64,000 nucleotides of DNA from Squalus acanthias (Eukaryota): contig CM059431.1 of assembly GCA_030390025.1 (NCBI GenBank), forward strand, positions 95,606,001-95,670,000. The letters run 5' to 3'. Shown in pieces: positions 25,346-39,999 of this stretch; the stretch's first letter is position 1; each line of letters opens with the position of its first letter. The notes under the pieces are model-generated. The model ran no database searches and was not told where the DNA came from. It was given only the letters and a program-made list of their open reading frames with translations. Both the position numbers and the translations under genes were made by a program.

Positions 25346-26893
25346 CTAGGAGTGTAGAAGAGCATGCCAGGAGCAACACCAGGCGTAAGTAAAAATGAGG
25401 AGCCAACCTGGGGAAGCTGCAACACAGGACTACATGCATGCTAAAAAGCGGAAGCAGCATGCTATAGACAGAGCTAAGCGATCCCACAATCAACGGATCA
25501 GATCAAAGCTCTGCAGTCCTGCCACATCCAGTCGTGAATGGTGGTGGACCATTAAACAACTAACGGGAGGACGAGGCTCCATGAATATCCCCATCCTCAA
25601 TGATGGTGGAGCCCAGCACGTGAGTGCAAAAGACAAGGCTGAAGCGTTTGCAACCATCTTCAGCCAGAAGTGCCGAGTGGATGATCCATATTGGCCTCCT
25701 CCTGAGGTCCCCACCATCACAGAATCCAGTCTTCAGCCAATTTGATTCACTCCACATGATATCAAGAAACGGCTGAGCACACTGGATACAGCAAAGGCTA
25801 TGGGCCCCGACAACATCCCGGCTATCGTGCTGAAGACTTGTGCTCCAGAACTAGCCGCGCCTCTAGCCAAGCTGTTCCAGTACAGCTACAACACTGGCAT
25901 CTATCCGACAATGTGGAAAACTGCCCAGGTATGTCCTGTCCACAAAAAGCAGGACAAATCCAACCCAGCAATTACCGCCCCATCAGTCTACTCTCAATCA
26001 TCAGCAAAGTGATGGAAGGTGTCGTCGACAGTGCTATCAAGTGGCACTTACTCACTAAAAACCTGCTCACTGATGCCCAGTTTGGGTTCTCCCAAGACCA
26101 CTCGGCTCCCGACCTCATTACAGCCTTGGTTCAAACATGGACAAAGGAGCTGAATTCCAGAGGTGAGGAGAGAGTGTCTGCCCTTGACATCGAGGCAGTA
26201 TTTGACCGAGTGTGGCAACAAGGAGCCCTAGTAAAACTGAAGTCAATGAATTGGGAGGGAAAATGCTCCACTGGCTGGAGTCATACCTAGCAAAAAGGAA
26301 GATGGTTGTGGTGGTTGAAGGTCAATCATCACAGCCCCAGGATATCGCTGCAGGAGCTCCTCAGGGCAGTGTCCTAGGCCCAACCATCTTCAGCTGCTTC
26401 ATCAATGACCTTCCCTCCAACATAAGGTCAGAAATCAGTGTTCAGCGCCACTCACAACTCCTCAGATAATGAAGCAGTCCATGCCCGCATGCAACAAGAC
26501 CGGGACGACGTTCAGGCTTGGGCTGATAAGTGGCAGGTAACATTCTTGCCATAGAAGTGCCAGGCAATGACTATCTCCAACAAGCGAGAGTCTAACCACC
26601 TCCCCTTGACATTCAACGGCATTACCATTGCTGAATCCCCCACCATAAACATCCTGGGGGTCACCATTGATCAGAAACTTAACTGGAGCAGCCACATAAA
26701 TACTGTGGCAACAAGAGCAGGTCAGAGACTAGGTATTCTGCGGCGAGTGTCTCACCTCCTGACTCCCCAAAACCTTTCCACCATCTACAAGGCACAAGTA
26801 AGGAGTGTGATGGAATACTCTCCACTTGCCTGGATAAGTGCAGCTCCGACAACACTCAAGAAGCTCGACACCATCCAGGACAAAGCAGCCCAC
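25346..26893 (+). mobile_element. Divergent non-LTR retrotransposon RT fragment (clade not assigned)
   Basis: MGPDNIP, NYRPISLLS, ALDIEAVFDRVW, PQGSVLGP and YKAQVRSVMEY motifs, distinct from the local CR1s. Confidence 0.85.
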
Positions 26894-27019
26894 ATCCCAT
26901 AAACGCATTTTTTAAAAAAGCTCCCCCACTGAAACATTCTCCACTTGCCCCACCTCAATAATGGAATCTTTCCTCAAAGAAGTAATAGAATAACATATAG
27001 AAACCAAAAATATAATAAA

Positions 27020-28550
27020 GATTCAGGAATTGTCCCCTTGGATTGGAACATTGCCAATGTCATTCCATTATTTAAGAAGGGTAGGAGAGATAAACTAGGA
27101 AATTATAGGCCTATTAATCTAACATCTGTTGTGGAGAAGTTATTGGAATCTGTTATTATGGACAGAGCATTTGGACAATTATGAGCTGATCAGAGAAAGC
27201 CAGCATGGATTTCTAAACTATAAGTCATGTTTAACAAACCTAGTTGAATGTTGAATCTTTTAAAAAGGTCATTAACATGGTAGGTAAGAAAGTGTCTATG
27301 GATCTTCCAAAAGGCATTCAACAAGGTTCCACATAAAAGACTTAAGGGGCTGAATTACCTACTCTTGTTCCTATGTACCTAAGAATATTCAGAATGGATT
27401 TCAATAGGAAGCTGATGCTTGACCAAAGTTACTGAATTCTTTGAAGAAACAATGGAAAGAGTAGACACGGGTAGCAGTGGATGTAATATATTTGGATTTT
27501 TAAAAGGCCTTTAATAAGGTACCGCATAGTAGACCCATGACTAAGGTCAGAGCATGCGGAGTCAGGGGACAAGTAGCAGAATGGATAGCAAGCTGCCTAC
27601 AAAATAGAAAACAGAGAGTAGGGGTTAAGGGTAGTTACGCAGATTGGTAAAGGTAGGACGTGGTGTTCCACAGGGATCGGTGCTGGGGCCACTGTTCACC
27701 ATTTCAATAAAAAATTTGGACTCGGGAATCGTAGGTGCAATTTCAAAATTTGTGGACAACATCAAATTGGGGGGTATAGTTAATACTGAGGGGGACTGTG
27801 ACAAAATACAAGACAGTAATAAACTTGCAGAATGGGTGTGTAATTGGCGAATGAATTTCAATATAGATAAATGTGAGGTGGTGTATTCTGCTAAGAAGAA
27901 TAAGGAGGCCACATACTCCACGGAAAATAAGAGTCTAAATGGGGTCGAGGAGCGAAGGGATCTAGGGGTACAGATACACAAATCACTAATAGTAGTGACG
28001 CAGGTTAATAAGGCCATTAAAAAAGCAAACAAAGGACAGGCGTAAATTTGTAGAGGAATGGAATTGAAAAGTAGAGAAGTTCTGTTAAATTTGTATCGAA
28101 CCTTGGTTAGACCACACTTGGGGTACTGTGCACAGTTCTGGCCTCCATATTATAAAAAGGATATTGAGGCACTGGAGAAGGTGCAAAAAACATTCACAAG
28201 GTTGATACTAGGGCTGAGAGGTTATACCTATCCTGAAAGAGAGAACAGGCTGGGGCTCTTTTCTAAAGAAAAGAGAAAGCTGGGGGGTGACCTGATAGAG
28301 GTCTTTAAGATTATGAAAGGGTTTGCTAGAGTACATGTAGAGAAGATGTTTTCACTTGTGGGAAGACCAAAACTAGGAACCATAAATATAAGATAGTCAT
28401 TAATAAATCCAATAGGGAATTCAGAAGAAACTTCTTTACCCAGAGAGTGGTTAGAATATGGAACTCACTACCATAAGGAGTAGTTGAAGTGAACAGCATA
28501 GATACATTTAAGGGGAAAGCACATGAGGGAGAAAGGAACAGAAGGATATC
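27020..28550 (+). mobile_element. Old CR1 fragments
   Basis: DWNIANVIPLFKKG, GVPQGSVLGP and LYRTLVRPHLGYC motifs with stops and frameshifts. Confidence 0.88.
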
Positions 28551-28864
28551 TCACGTGGCCTCACTACTCCCATCATGACGTGCACAGATAAGGCCATCTC
28601 TGATTGGTTCGTTGTATTGCTCTCCACCCACATCCCCCTTCCCCCTCCCAACCCCCCCTCAAGTCACTTACCACGGCACGTTCAAGTTCCCAACTGTCTA
28701 GCCATTGGCCCTCCATTCATCATGACATTTCTGCAGTCTGCCTAATCACACCCTCTCCTCCACCTTTGATGCCCATGTCCCCATTAAAACCATTATTCTC
28801 TCTCACCCTAGTCATTTCCCCTGGTACAGCCCTCATCTCCGCTCCCTTAAGTCCAAGGGACAGA

Positions 28865-31800
28865 GGGGGTGAAACTGGGTATTGCTCCATTTGGAGTGCT
28901 AACTTTTGAGAATTTGAAAATTTAGTGCCAGGCGCTAAGGATTCTGAATTTCTACTAAATTGGGTGTTAGCGCCCCAGGAAGGAAGTGGGGCGCTAAATC
29001 AAGCGCTAATGACCTCAGTGGGGCGCTACAGGGGCGCTACCAGCAGAGCGCTAATGAATTTCAGGTGCATTGCATTCAGCAATGATCCTTCACACTGGTT
29101 CCTTCCAGCTCTTAAATGGAAGGTTGCATCATTGTGCAGATGCTTATTTTCATCATTGCTGGCTTTGAGGCGACCTGCGAGCAAGTGAATCCCCTAATGG
29201 CTACGGCTGTTCCCACTCCCAGGGAGAGAGCTCGTCGGTTCACAGACGTGGCATTGGAGGCATTGGTGGCTGGAGTGGAGCGAAGGAGGGCAATGCTGTT
29301 CCCAGCCACTGGAAGGAGGCCATCGCCTCAGGTCTTCAGGGCAATGTGGAGGGAAGTGGCCCAGGAGGTCTCAGCCAGTAGTGTGGTGGAATACAGCCTG
29401 ACACAGTGCCGCAAAAATTCAATGACCTCAGTCGGGTGGTCAATGCTTCAACAGCTCCTACATACCAGCATCTGAACCTCAGTCTGTGCACACTGCGCAA
29501 AGAACCACACCCCCACCACTCACTCACCAAACATCTTCACCTACTCAAACCCACATCCACATCTCACACCTTGCCTACAATCACAGCTATTCAACGATGG
29601 TAGGCATATCTCCCAAACACATAGCTGGAGTCTGACTCAATCACATTTGTTTCTCTTGCAGGCCAAGATGGCCCACAATAGGAGGGAGCAGCAGAGAACA
29701 GGTGGGGGTGATGCGCAGCTCCAGCAGCTCTCAGACCTGGAGGAGCGAGTGCTGCGACTCATTGGGCAGCAGGTGGTGGGCACCATGGCCGTCGGCGACG
29801 TCAACCCCGTTGGGAGCAAAAACGGTATCTTCAGCCCCTCTCCTTCTCTCATCCCACTTCCCCCTCACACCACAAGCCTTTCCCACTTTCCACCTCCTGA
29901 GAATGTCTGCATTCCTTGCTCCATTCCTGCCCCCCTGCCCTCACCTTAACGTGAGTGTTGTGCCTTTATGCTTTCAGATAATCAGCAACCAGATGACCAG
30001 CCTGTCCCTGAGCCTCCCACTGAGAGTGAGGAAGGAGAAGAGGAGGAGGAGCAAAGCACTGCGTCACTGCATCTCTCACCCGCAGGCACCACCTGGAATT
30101 CTCTACCCAAGAGGGTTGTGGACGCTCAGTCGTTGAGTATATTCAAGATAGAGATCGATAGATTTTTGAATATTAAGGGATTCAAGGGATATGGGGATAG
30201 TGCAGGAAAGTGGAGATGAGGTAGAAGATCAGCCATGATCTTATTGAATGGCGGAGCAGGCTCGAAGGGCCAAATGGCCTACTCCTGCTCCTATTTCTTA
30301 TGTTCTTATATTCTTATACTGGCACCACGCAACCTTTAGAGGCAACTTTAGTAGAGGGGTCGGCACAGGGTGATGCACCGGGGATGAGTGGGCTGCAGCA
30401 AGGCCAGGGGGAAAGGATAGCTCAGGAGCCAGCTCCCCGGAGGGCGGGTTCGCGCGCAACTTCTGCTGCACAGGACTCAGATAAGGACCTCGATGGGGAG
30501 GCATTCACAAGGAGGGTGATGGGCACGCACTCCGAGATGATAAGTGCAATGGCAAAGGTACCCGAGAGCCTCTCGGCAGTGGTAAGGAGCGTGGAGGAGT
30601 CCACCTCCTACATTGCACAGAGCTCTGCGCGCAACATGGAGCCCATCATTTCCACTGTGTAGAGGATAGTGGACTCCCAGAGAGACCGTGTGGATCCAGA
30701 CCTCATGACACGTGTCACGGGCGATGTGGCAGCTTCCATTGCAGCACAGGCAGAAGCGACGCAACATCTTAGTGCTGTAATGCAGTCAATGGTTGCTGCC
30801 ATCAAGTCTCAGACTGCTTTTATGCAGTCTCAGCTTGACGCCACGAAAGCTCTGACTGCTGCCATCGTCGCTGGGTCCACCACAGTCCACCGGGGATCTC
30901 ACGGTGTTGCAGCAGGCCAGCTGAGGTGCTGCCGTGGGAGTGAGAGTGGGTCAGTGGAGCAGGAACCTGCTGTCCTCTCTCAGGATGACAGCATTCCTGA
31001 TCCCACCGCTGGCACTCTGCCATTGCCCTTGTCGCTGCCTGTCATCCTGCCAGCCCAGACTGCTGCCGCCCAGCCTGAGGTGGCGCAGTCTACAGCCGAG
31101 CCTTCCAGGCCCAGAGATGGTCGTGGGCGTGCTGCAAGGCCATCTGTAGTGTCTGGCACCGACACTCAGCAGCCTTCCACCAGCCCTGCTGCAGCCACTG
31201 GGGAGACACTACGTAGGAGCAGTAGATTAAGAAAGGGGACTGTAAAGATGGGAGGCAAGGGTTTGCACAAGGGTGATTAGTCAATATTGTTGTTGTACAT
31301 ATGTGGTTAATGGTTTTTGATAAATTTATTCGTGAAATGTTGCAGTTCTGGTGCTGTGTCTCATTTCAGTTCTGGGGTGTGGTATGGAACCACAAAGTGA
31401 TGGAATGATGGCTACGTGCTCAGCAACCAGAAAGAGGACTCGAAGTCACTGGAAACGAAGTCTGATGAGGTGGCCACGGACCGACCTTGCAGAACGCCGA
31501 TTGAGTGGCTGCCTCCTCCGTCGCTGCTGTTTGTCCTCCTGCTCCTCCTGTTCCTCTTCTTCCTCCTCCTCCTCATCTCCCTCTTCCTCCTCCTGAGGTG
31601 CTGCGGCTATGCCTGGTGGCAATGTCTGCGCCCTCATAGTGGCCAAGTTGTGCAGCATGGAGCAAACGAGGAGGAAAAGTGACACCTGCTCAGCCGAGTA
31701 CTGGAGGGCTCCTCCCGAGCGGTCGAGGCAGCAGAACCGTTGCTTGAGCACTCCAATGGTCTGCTCAATGATGTTCTTGGTGGCAGCATGGCTCTCATTA

Positions 31801-32609
31801 TATGAGTGCTGGGCATGAGAGTTGGGCTTGCAGAGGGGAATCATGAGCCAGGTGGAGAGTGGATAGCCCTTGTCCCCAACAGCCAGCTGCAAGCTTCATG
31901 TGGTGGCTGGAACAGATCTGGCACACCGGTCTGGCGCAGGATGAAGGCATTGTGGCTGCTGCCAGTATAGTGGGCTTTGACGGTTAGGATTTGCCATGTA
32001 TGGTCGTACACCAACTGCACATTAAGTGAGTGGTAGCCTATGCAGTTACGGAATACCTCAGGATTGTTATGCAATGCCCGCAAAGCGACGTGGGTGCAGT
32101 CAATGGCGCCCTGCACCATGGGGAAGCTCGCTATCCTGGCAAAGCCACAAGCACGCTTGCGCTGCTTCTCTCTGGTCATGGAGAAGGAAATGTAGTCCCT
32201 TCTCCTTCTGTACAAAGCATCTGTGACCTGGCGGATGGAGCAATGGACGGCAAACTGGGAGATGTTGGAGATGTCGCCTGTTACACACTGGAAGGATCCG
32301 CTGGCGTAGAAATTGAGGGCGACGTTGACCTTGACTGCCACTGAGAGAGCCGTGGTGGTCCTAATCTCAGGCTCGAGGTCTGGCTGCAGGAGGTGGCAGA
32401 GCTCTGTGACCATGTCCTTGCTGAAACGGAGCCTTCTAACACACTGGTCCTTAGTGAAATTCATGTAGGGGAACTGCTGCCGGTGGGTAAAGCCTCCTGT
32501 TGAGAGCCCTGTTGGCCCTCCTACCTCCGGCCACATTTTGCACTCTTTCTCTGTGCCTCAGTTGCCTCCCACGTTGACCGGAGGCACAAAGGAGCCCAAT
32601 TTCTAGCCC
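28865..32609. mobile_element. Degenerate Harbinger H2 (Myb +, 29197-31280; transposase -, 31446-32575)
   Basis: Imperfect TIRs GGGGGTGAAACTGGG and CCCAATTTCTAGCCC; flanks AGA/ATA; RFTDVALEAL...QCRK, GAIDCTHV, GDKGY and IEQTIG motifs with frameshifts. Confidence 0.88.
30091..30317 (+). mobile_element. Short CR1 3' end inserted in H2 Myb exon 3
   Basis: WNSLPKRVVDA, CR1 3' UTR and TTCTTATG tail. Confidence 0.9.
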
Positions 32610-34937
32610 ATAGACTTGAATGTCTATGGTGGACAATTGGTTTAACCATCCATCGCCAGATCTGGTTGAACCACATAAAGCACCATGGGTCTTGCGCTCC
32701 TTTGCTAAAACTGCTCACTATTCAAAGATCTTCCTGGAATGCAAAGATAATGCCTGACTTCTCTTCTCCACCGCAAACTGTCTTCTTAAACCACCCTCCC
32801 GTGCCTCCTCCACCCTCACCTCCAATAACAAGTTCAAGGAGCTCATGGACTTTTTTGGCAGAAAGATCAAGACCATCCGTTTAGCTGCCTCTGCTGCTTC
32901 CCTCCCTTCCCCATACCCACTGGGCCAAACATCCCCTAATGCTCACCACTGTCCTAGCCCTGAACTCACAACTTTCTTTAGATTCTATCTCATTTCCCAT
33001 CGTGCTCTCTCCGAGCTCAGCTTGTCCTTAAGACACACCTCCTGCTCCCTCGATCCTATTCCCACCAAACTGTTGACCACCCCATGTTAGCCGATGTTGT
33101 TAACGGTTCTCTCTCCTCAGGTACTGTCCCTTTCCCCTTCAAATCTGCTGTCATCACCCCTCTCCTCAAAAAACCCACCCTTGACCACTCTGTCCTTGCA
33201 AACTACTAACCCATCTCCAACCACCCTCGCCACCGGAAGGTGGCTGTCGTTCTGGCGGTGAGTATTATAGCCCCCATCAGGTGTCTCACCGTTTCCCAGG
33301 GTCGAGGTCGGGGTCCTTGAACGTGTTGTCACCTCCCAAATCCGTGCCCATCTTTCCTGCAATTCCATGTTTGATTCCCTCCAATAAGGTTATCGTCCCC
33401 GTCACAGAACTGAAACAGCCCTTATCACAGTCACAAATGACATTCTATGTGACTGTGACCATGGTAAACTATCCCTACTCATCCTTCTCAACCTATCTGC
33501 AGCCTTCAACATGGCTGACCACACCATCCTCCTCCAATGCATCTGCTCCCTCTGCATGCTGGGTATGACTGCATGCGCTGGTTCTATTCCTATCTGTCCA
33601 GTTGCAGCTTGAGAATGACCTGCAATGGCTTCTCTTCTTTCTCCCGTATCATTACCTTTGGAGTCCCCAAAGATCTATCGTTGGCCCCCCCTATTTCTCA
33701 TCTGCATGTTGCCCCTCGGTGACATCTTTTGAAAATACAATGTCAGGTTCCACATGAAAACTGACGACACCCAGCTCTACCCCACCACCACCACCACCTC
33801 TCTCAACCCCTCCACTGGCTCTGGTTTGTCATGCTGCTTGTCCGACAGCAGAAACTTTCTCCAATTCAATATTGAGAAGACCGAAGCCATTGTCTTCGGT
33901 CCCCGCCACAAACTCCGTTCCCTAGTCACCGACTCTGTCCCTCTCCCTGGCCACCAGCTGAGGCTGAACCAGACTGTTCACAACTTCGGCGTTCTATTGT
34001 CCCTGAGCTGAGCTTCTAACCCCATTTCCTCTCCATCACCAAGACCGCCTACTTTCATATCCTTAACCTTGTCCGTCTCTGCTTTGCCTAAGCTGCTGAA
34101 ACCCTCATCCATGCCTTTGTTACTCTAGATTCAACTATTCCAATGCTTTCCTGGTCGGCCTCCCACCTTGCACCCTCTGTGAAATTGGGCTCATCCAAAA
34201 CTCTGCTGCCCGTATCCTAACTCGCACCAAGTCCCATTCACCCATCACGCCTGTGCCCGCTGACCTACTCCCGGTCTGGCAACACCTCGATTTTGAAATT
34301 CTCATTTTTATTTTCCATCCCCCCATGGCCTTGCTCTTCCCTATCTCTTTCACCTCCTCCATCCTTACAACCCTTGGAGATCTCTGCACTCCTCCAATTC
34401 TGGCCTCTTGTGCATTCCCAATTTTCTTCGCTCCACCATTGGCGGCAATTGCTTCAGCTGCCAAGGCCCTAAGCTTTGGAATTCCCTCTAAGTCTCTCTG
34501 TCTCTCTTTCTGCTCCTTTAAGATGCTCCTTAAAACCTACTTCTTTGACCAAGCTTTTGGCCATCTGTACTAGTTTCTCTTTATGTAGCTCGGTGTCAAA
34601 TTCTGTTTGATAACCACTCCTGTAAAGCGCCTTAGGGCATTTTACTACATTAAATAAATACAAGTTGTTGTTGTTGGTTGTCTCTGCCTATTTACAGCTC
34701 TTTGTTGGTCATATTACCATATCAGCTCGAGGTGCACAAACACCATCACTGATGAATAAAAAGTACATTCATGTTACTTTCTTTTATAACAAATACCCAA
34801 ATCTAATGAGAAAATTGCTCCTTGGAAAACATCTGTGGAAAATTTGCCAACAAGTGTGCCCCCAGCCTGACAAGCCAATGGTATAATCAAGACTATTAAG
34901 ATGCAGATTTTGTAATGTTCAATCCATTAGGTATATT

Positions 34938-35832
34938 GGGGGAGAAATTCGGTATCGCCCCATTTGGGGCGCAATTATCGGCCGGGCGCAAAGATTAGCG
35001 CCTGGCGCTAATTATCGCCTCCGACTGCAAACTTGACTTTTATCGCCCCTGGAGGTGATTGGAGCGCTAAATCAGGCGCTTCACACCTGTCTTAAGGCGC
35101 AAAGGTCGAGGAGCGAGGCGCTACCTCAGAGCGCTGGTGAAGCTCATGTGATGTCAGTCAGCAATGGAACACACACACAATGGCGCGGGCCAGTTCTTAA
35201 AGGGGAGGGTTGATCTTGCTTTCCATCCACATCCTGCTCATTGCAGCCTTGAATCTCGGCCTGGAGAGACCTGTACATCAAATCTGCTGGAAAGAACAAT
35301 GGAGAGTACCAGGGAAAGAGCTCAGAGTGCAGCCCCCACAGTCTCTTCTAAATCGACACAAGGAAGGGCAAATCAAAATGAACCTGCAAAGTGCTGCTCA
35401 GTACCCAAAACTCCTTCACACAGCGTTGAATCTCTCCAGAAGTCTCTCTCTCTCTCTCTCTCAGAATGCGTGGTTCAAAAATGTCACCAACAATAAAAGG
35501 CAGGAAGCAGTCGCCTTTAAATAGCGCTCCCCAAGTCCCTTCCTGACTGCAAAACGCTCCCCTCAACCTGTCGTTGCTAGCGGCAGGCGGTAAGGCAGGG
35601 GGCGCCACTCAATATCCGCTCTGGGGCGATACCGGGGCGTTGCGCACTTGACTGACGTCACGATCTGCCGGCGCAGGAGATCGTGGCGGTAGTCTTTAGC
35701 GCCGCCGCGAAATGTCTAGTTAATTTCACGAGCGGCGCAAACATCGCCGCGCCTGGGCGCTAGCTGCTTTGCGCCCCATTAGTGCCCTCTTAAGGCACTA
35801 ACGGGAGGCGCAACCAACTGAATGTTTCCCCC
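34938..35832 (+). mobile_element. Non-autonomous Harbinger N1 (895 bp)
   Basis: TIRs GGGGGAGAAATTC and GAATGTTTCCCCC; ATT duplicated on both sides; ends homologous to H3; retains the Myb start MESTRERA. Confidence 0.92.
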
Positions 35833-36230
35833 ATTATATCCTAATACCTTTTCTCCAAAAGCTAGAGATATGGGCAGCTTTCTCATTGCCTCACCGGTGT
35901 GGCACTGAGCCATAAAGACCAGAAAGGTTCTGGGCTCAATCCTCATTCCGCTACATTAGCTGGGGAATCAGGAGCACTACAACTACCTTAGCATCCAAGG
36001 GCTAGTTGGGAGACATAGGCCCTGATATTTACTGGGGCCGGTTTTGGTCGGTGCGTGGAGTTTTAACTCCATGGCGTACGTGTTCTTTTTAAAACAGATT
36101 CCCCACACAGAAGCCAAGCTTATTGACAGGCTTGGCTGCCTGTTGGGTGGGGAACACTCCAGAAAAGGCCGCAGCCCAGGAGCAGGTAGGTGTAGTGGAT
36201 GTTTGAGGTAGAGATTACTGGGGGGGGTGG

Positions 36231-37693
36231 GTTACCCCACTGTTCAAAAAGGTGGTAAAGAAAAAATGGGGAATTATAGACCTGACATCGGTTGTGGGGA
36301 AAATGCTAGAGTCCATTATAAAAGATGTAATAGTAGAGCACTTGGAAAACAGTGACAGGATTGGACAAAGTCAACATGGATTTACAAAAGGTAAATCGTG
36401 CTTGACTAATCTACTGGAATTTTTTGAGGATGTAACTGATAGAATAGATAAGGGAGAACCAGTGGATGTGGTGTATTTGGACTTTCAAAAGGCTTTCGAT
36501 AAGGTCCCGCATAAGAGATTAGCGTGTAAAGTTAAGGCACATGGGATTGGGGGCAAGGTACTGACTTGGATAGAGAACTGGTTGGCAGACAGGAAGCAAA
36601 GAGTTGGAATAAACGAGTCTTTTTCCGAGTGGCAGGCAGTGACTAGTGGGGTTCCGCAGGGATCGGTCCTAGGACTCCAGCTATTCACTATATATATTAA
36701 TGATCTAGACGAGGGAACAAGATGTAATATCTCCAAGTTTGCAGATGACACAAAGCTGGGTGGGCGTGTGTGCTGCGAGGAGGATGCCGAGAAAATCCAG
36801 TATAATTTGGACAGGTTGGGTGATTGGGCAGAAGCATGGCAGATGCAATATAATGTGGACAAATGCGAGGTTAGCCACTTTGGTGGCAAAAACAGAAAGG
36901 CAGATTATTATCTGAACGGCAATAGATTGGGAGAAGGGGAAGTGCAATGAGACCTGGGTGTCCTTGTGCACCAGTCGCTGAAGGTAAGCATGCAGGTGCA
37001 GCAGGCGGTTAAGAAGGCAAATGGTATGTTGGCCTTTGTAGCGAGAGGGTTTGAGTACAGGAACAAGGATGTCTTGCTGCAGCTGTACAGGGCCTTGGTG
37101 AGACCACACCTTGAGTATTGTGTGCAGTTTTGGTCGACTTATCTGAGGAAGGATGTTCTTGCCATGGAGGGTGTGCAGCGAAGATTCACCAGACTGATAC
37201 CTGAGATGGCAGGAATGACGTACGAGGAGAGATTGGGTCGCTTGGGCTTATACTCGTTGGAGTTTAGAAGAATGAGAGGAGATCTCATTGAAACTTATAA
37301 AATTCTAACAGGGCTAGACAGACTGGATGCAGGAAGGATGTTCCCGATGGCGGGTGAGTCCAGAACAAGAGGTCACAGTCTAAAGATAAGGGGTAAGCCG
37401 TTTAGGACAGAGATGAGGAGGAATTTCTTCACCCAGAGAGTGGTGAACCTGTGGAATTCTCTACCACAGAAGGCAGTTGAGGCCAAGTCAGTAAATATAT
37501 TCAAGAAGGAGTTAGATATATTTCTTAAGGCTAAAGGTATCAAGGGATATTGGGAGAAAGCAGGGACCGGGTACTGAATTTGGATGATCAGCCATGATCT
37601 CATCGAATGGCGGAGCAGGCTCGAGGTGCCGAATGGCCTACTCCTGCTCCTATCTTCTATGTTTCTATGTTTCTATGTTTCTATGTATCTATG
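36231..37693 (+). mobile_element. 5'-truncated CR1 (RT and 3' UTR)
   Basis: ORFs 36252-36950 and 36966-37577 separated by one stop; (TTCTATGT)n tail. Confidence 0.95.
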
Positions 37694-39999
37694 TACAGCG
37701 TGGTTGGGTGGGTTGGGGGTGATCGCGTGGGGGGTGCGGATTGAAGATCCCAGGAAAATCGGGGCGTGTCGGGGGAAGATCATGGAGGTGAGGGGTATTT
37801 ATAGCTTAGCTTGTTGGGACTGGGAGAAGTGCTCCTGCTCCTCCTGGCCCAGAAGCAGTGATGTAAATACACTTACTGATGGATCCAGCCCTTCTCGCCT
37901 CCTTTCATCTGCCGGGTTTCTCAAGGCCCGGGAAACCCGGCCGACATAGATTAGTAATAGAAATCCTGTTAAACTGAATGCATGCAGCCTCTTTAAAAGG
38001 TTTCAATGACCGACCCATCACCTGCGGGCGGATTGGTCACCTGCCCCTTGTCCCGCCTCCATTAAAACCAGAAGTGGGCGGGTTTAGATTCTAGAATGGT
38101 GTAACACCGCTATTCAAGAAAGGAGGGAGAGAGAAAACAGGGAACAACAGGCCAGTTAGCCTGACATCAGACATCGGGAAAATGCTGGAATCCATTGTTA
38201 AGAAAGTGGTATCAGGGCATTTAGAAATCATAACATGATTAGACAGAGACAACATGGTTTTATGAAAAGGAAATCGTGTTTGACAAATTTATTAGAGTTG
38301 TTTGAGGATGTAACGAGTAGGATAGATAAAGGGGAACCAATGGATGTAGTATATTTGGATTTCCAAAAGGCATTCGATATGGTGCCACATAAAAGGTTAT
38401 TAAACAATATTAGGGCTCAAGGGGTTGGGGGTAATATCATAGCATGGATAGAGGATTGGTTAATGGACAGAAAACAGAGAGTAGGGATAAGTGGATCTTT
38501 TTCAGGTTGGCAGGCTGTAACTAGTGGGGTGCCGCAAGGATCAGTGTTGGGGCCTCAGCTATTTACAATCTATATTAATGACCTAGATGAAGGGACCGAG
38601 TGTAATGTATCCAAGTTTGCTGATGATACAAAGCTAGGTGGGACAGTAAACTGTGAGGAGAACACAAAGAGTCTGCAAAGGGATATAGATAGACTAAGTG
38701 AGTGGGCAGTAAGGTGGCAGATGGAGTATAATGTAGGGAAATGTGAGGTTATACACTTTGGTAGGAAGAATAGAAAAACAGAATATTTTTTAAATGGTGA
38801 GAAACTTTCAAATGTTGGTGTTCAGAGAGATTTGGGTGTCCTCGTGCAAGAAACACAGAAAGCTAGCGTGCAGGTACAGCAAGCAATAACGAAGGCAAAT
38901 AGCATGCTGGCCTTTATTGCAAAGCGGTTGGAGTATAAGAGTAAGGAAGTCTTGCTACAATTGTACAGGGCCTTGCTGAGACCACACCTGGGGTACAGTG
39001 CACAGTTTTGGTCTCCTTATCTAAGAAAGGATATACTTGCCTTGGAGTCGGTGCAACAAAGGTTCACCAGATTGATTCCTGGGATGAGAGGGCTGTCCTA
39101 TGATGAGAGATTGCGTAGAATGGGCCTATAATCTCTGGAGTTTAGAAGAATGAGAGGTGATCTCATTGAAACATATAAGATTCTGAAGGGGATTGACAGG
39201 GTAGATGCTGAGAGGTTGTTTCCCCTGGCTGGAGTGTCTAGAACTAGAGGACATGGGGGAAAAATTCGGTTGCTTTGCGCCTCCCATTAGCGCCCTAACA
39301 GGGCGTTAATGGGGCGCAAAGCAACTAGTGCCCGGGTGCGGCGATGTTTGCACGCTCGTGAAATTGACCAGACATTTTGCGGTGGCACTAACTACTACCG
39401 CCACGATCTCCTGCGCCTGCAGATCGTGACGTCAGTCGAGCGTGCAATGCCCCGGTAGCGCCCTGGACCGGATATTGAGTGGCGTCCCCTGCCTTACCGC
39501 CTGCCGCTAGCAACGACAGGTTGAGGGGAATGTTTTGCAGTTGGGAAAGGACTGGGGGAGCGCTATTTAAAGGCGACCGCTTCCTGCCTTTTTTTGTCGG
39601 CGACATTTTTGCACCACACATTCTGAGAGAGAGAGAGAGAGGGGTAAAAATTAGGTCGCGCCCCATTTGGGGCGCAAATATCATCTGGACGCAAATATTA
39701 GCGCCTGGCGCTAATTATCGGCACTGACTGGAAACTTCACTTTTACCGCCCCGGGAGGTGAGTGGAGCGCTAAATCAGGCGCTGCACACCTGTCTTAAGG
39801 CGCAAAGGCCTAGGAGTGAGGCGCTAACTCAGCGCGCGAGCGCAGCGCAGGTGCTGCCAGTTAGCGAGGGAACACAGACACACTGGCGCCGGACACTTCT
39901 TAAAGCGGGGGGGGCCAACTTGCTCCCCAGCCACACCCTGCTCATTGCAGCCTTGAATCTCGGCCTGGAGAGACCTGTGAATCCATTTTGCTGCCAAGC

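Larger units (their letters stand above)
28550..34675 (+). mobile_element. L2-type LINE split by Harbinger H2
   Basis: C-rich sequence continuous across 28864/32610; DDTQLY and NIEKTE motifs; 3' end TAAAGCGCCTT...(GTT)n; homologous to 57830-58690. Confidence 0.8.
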
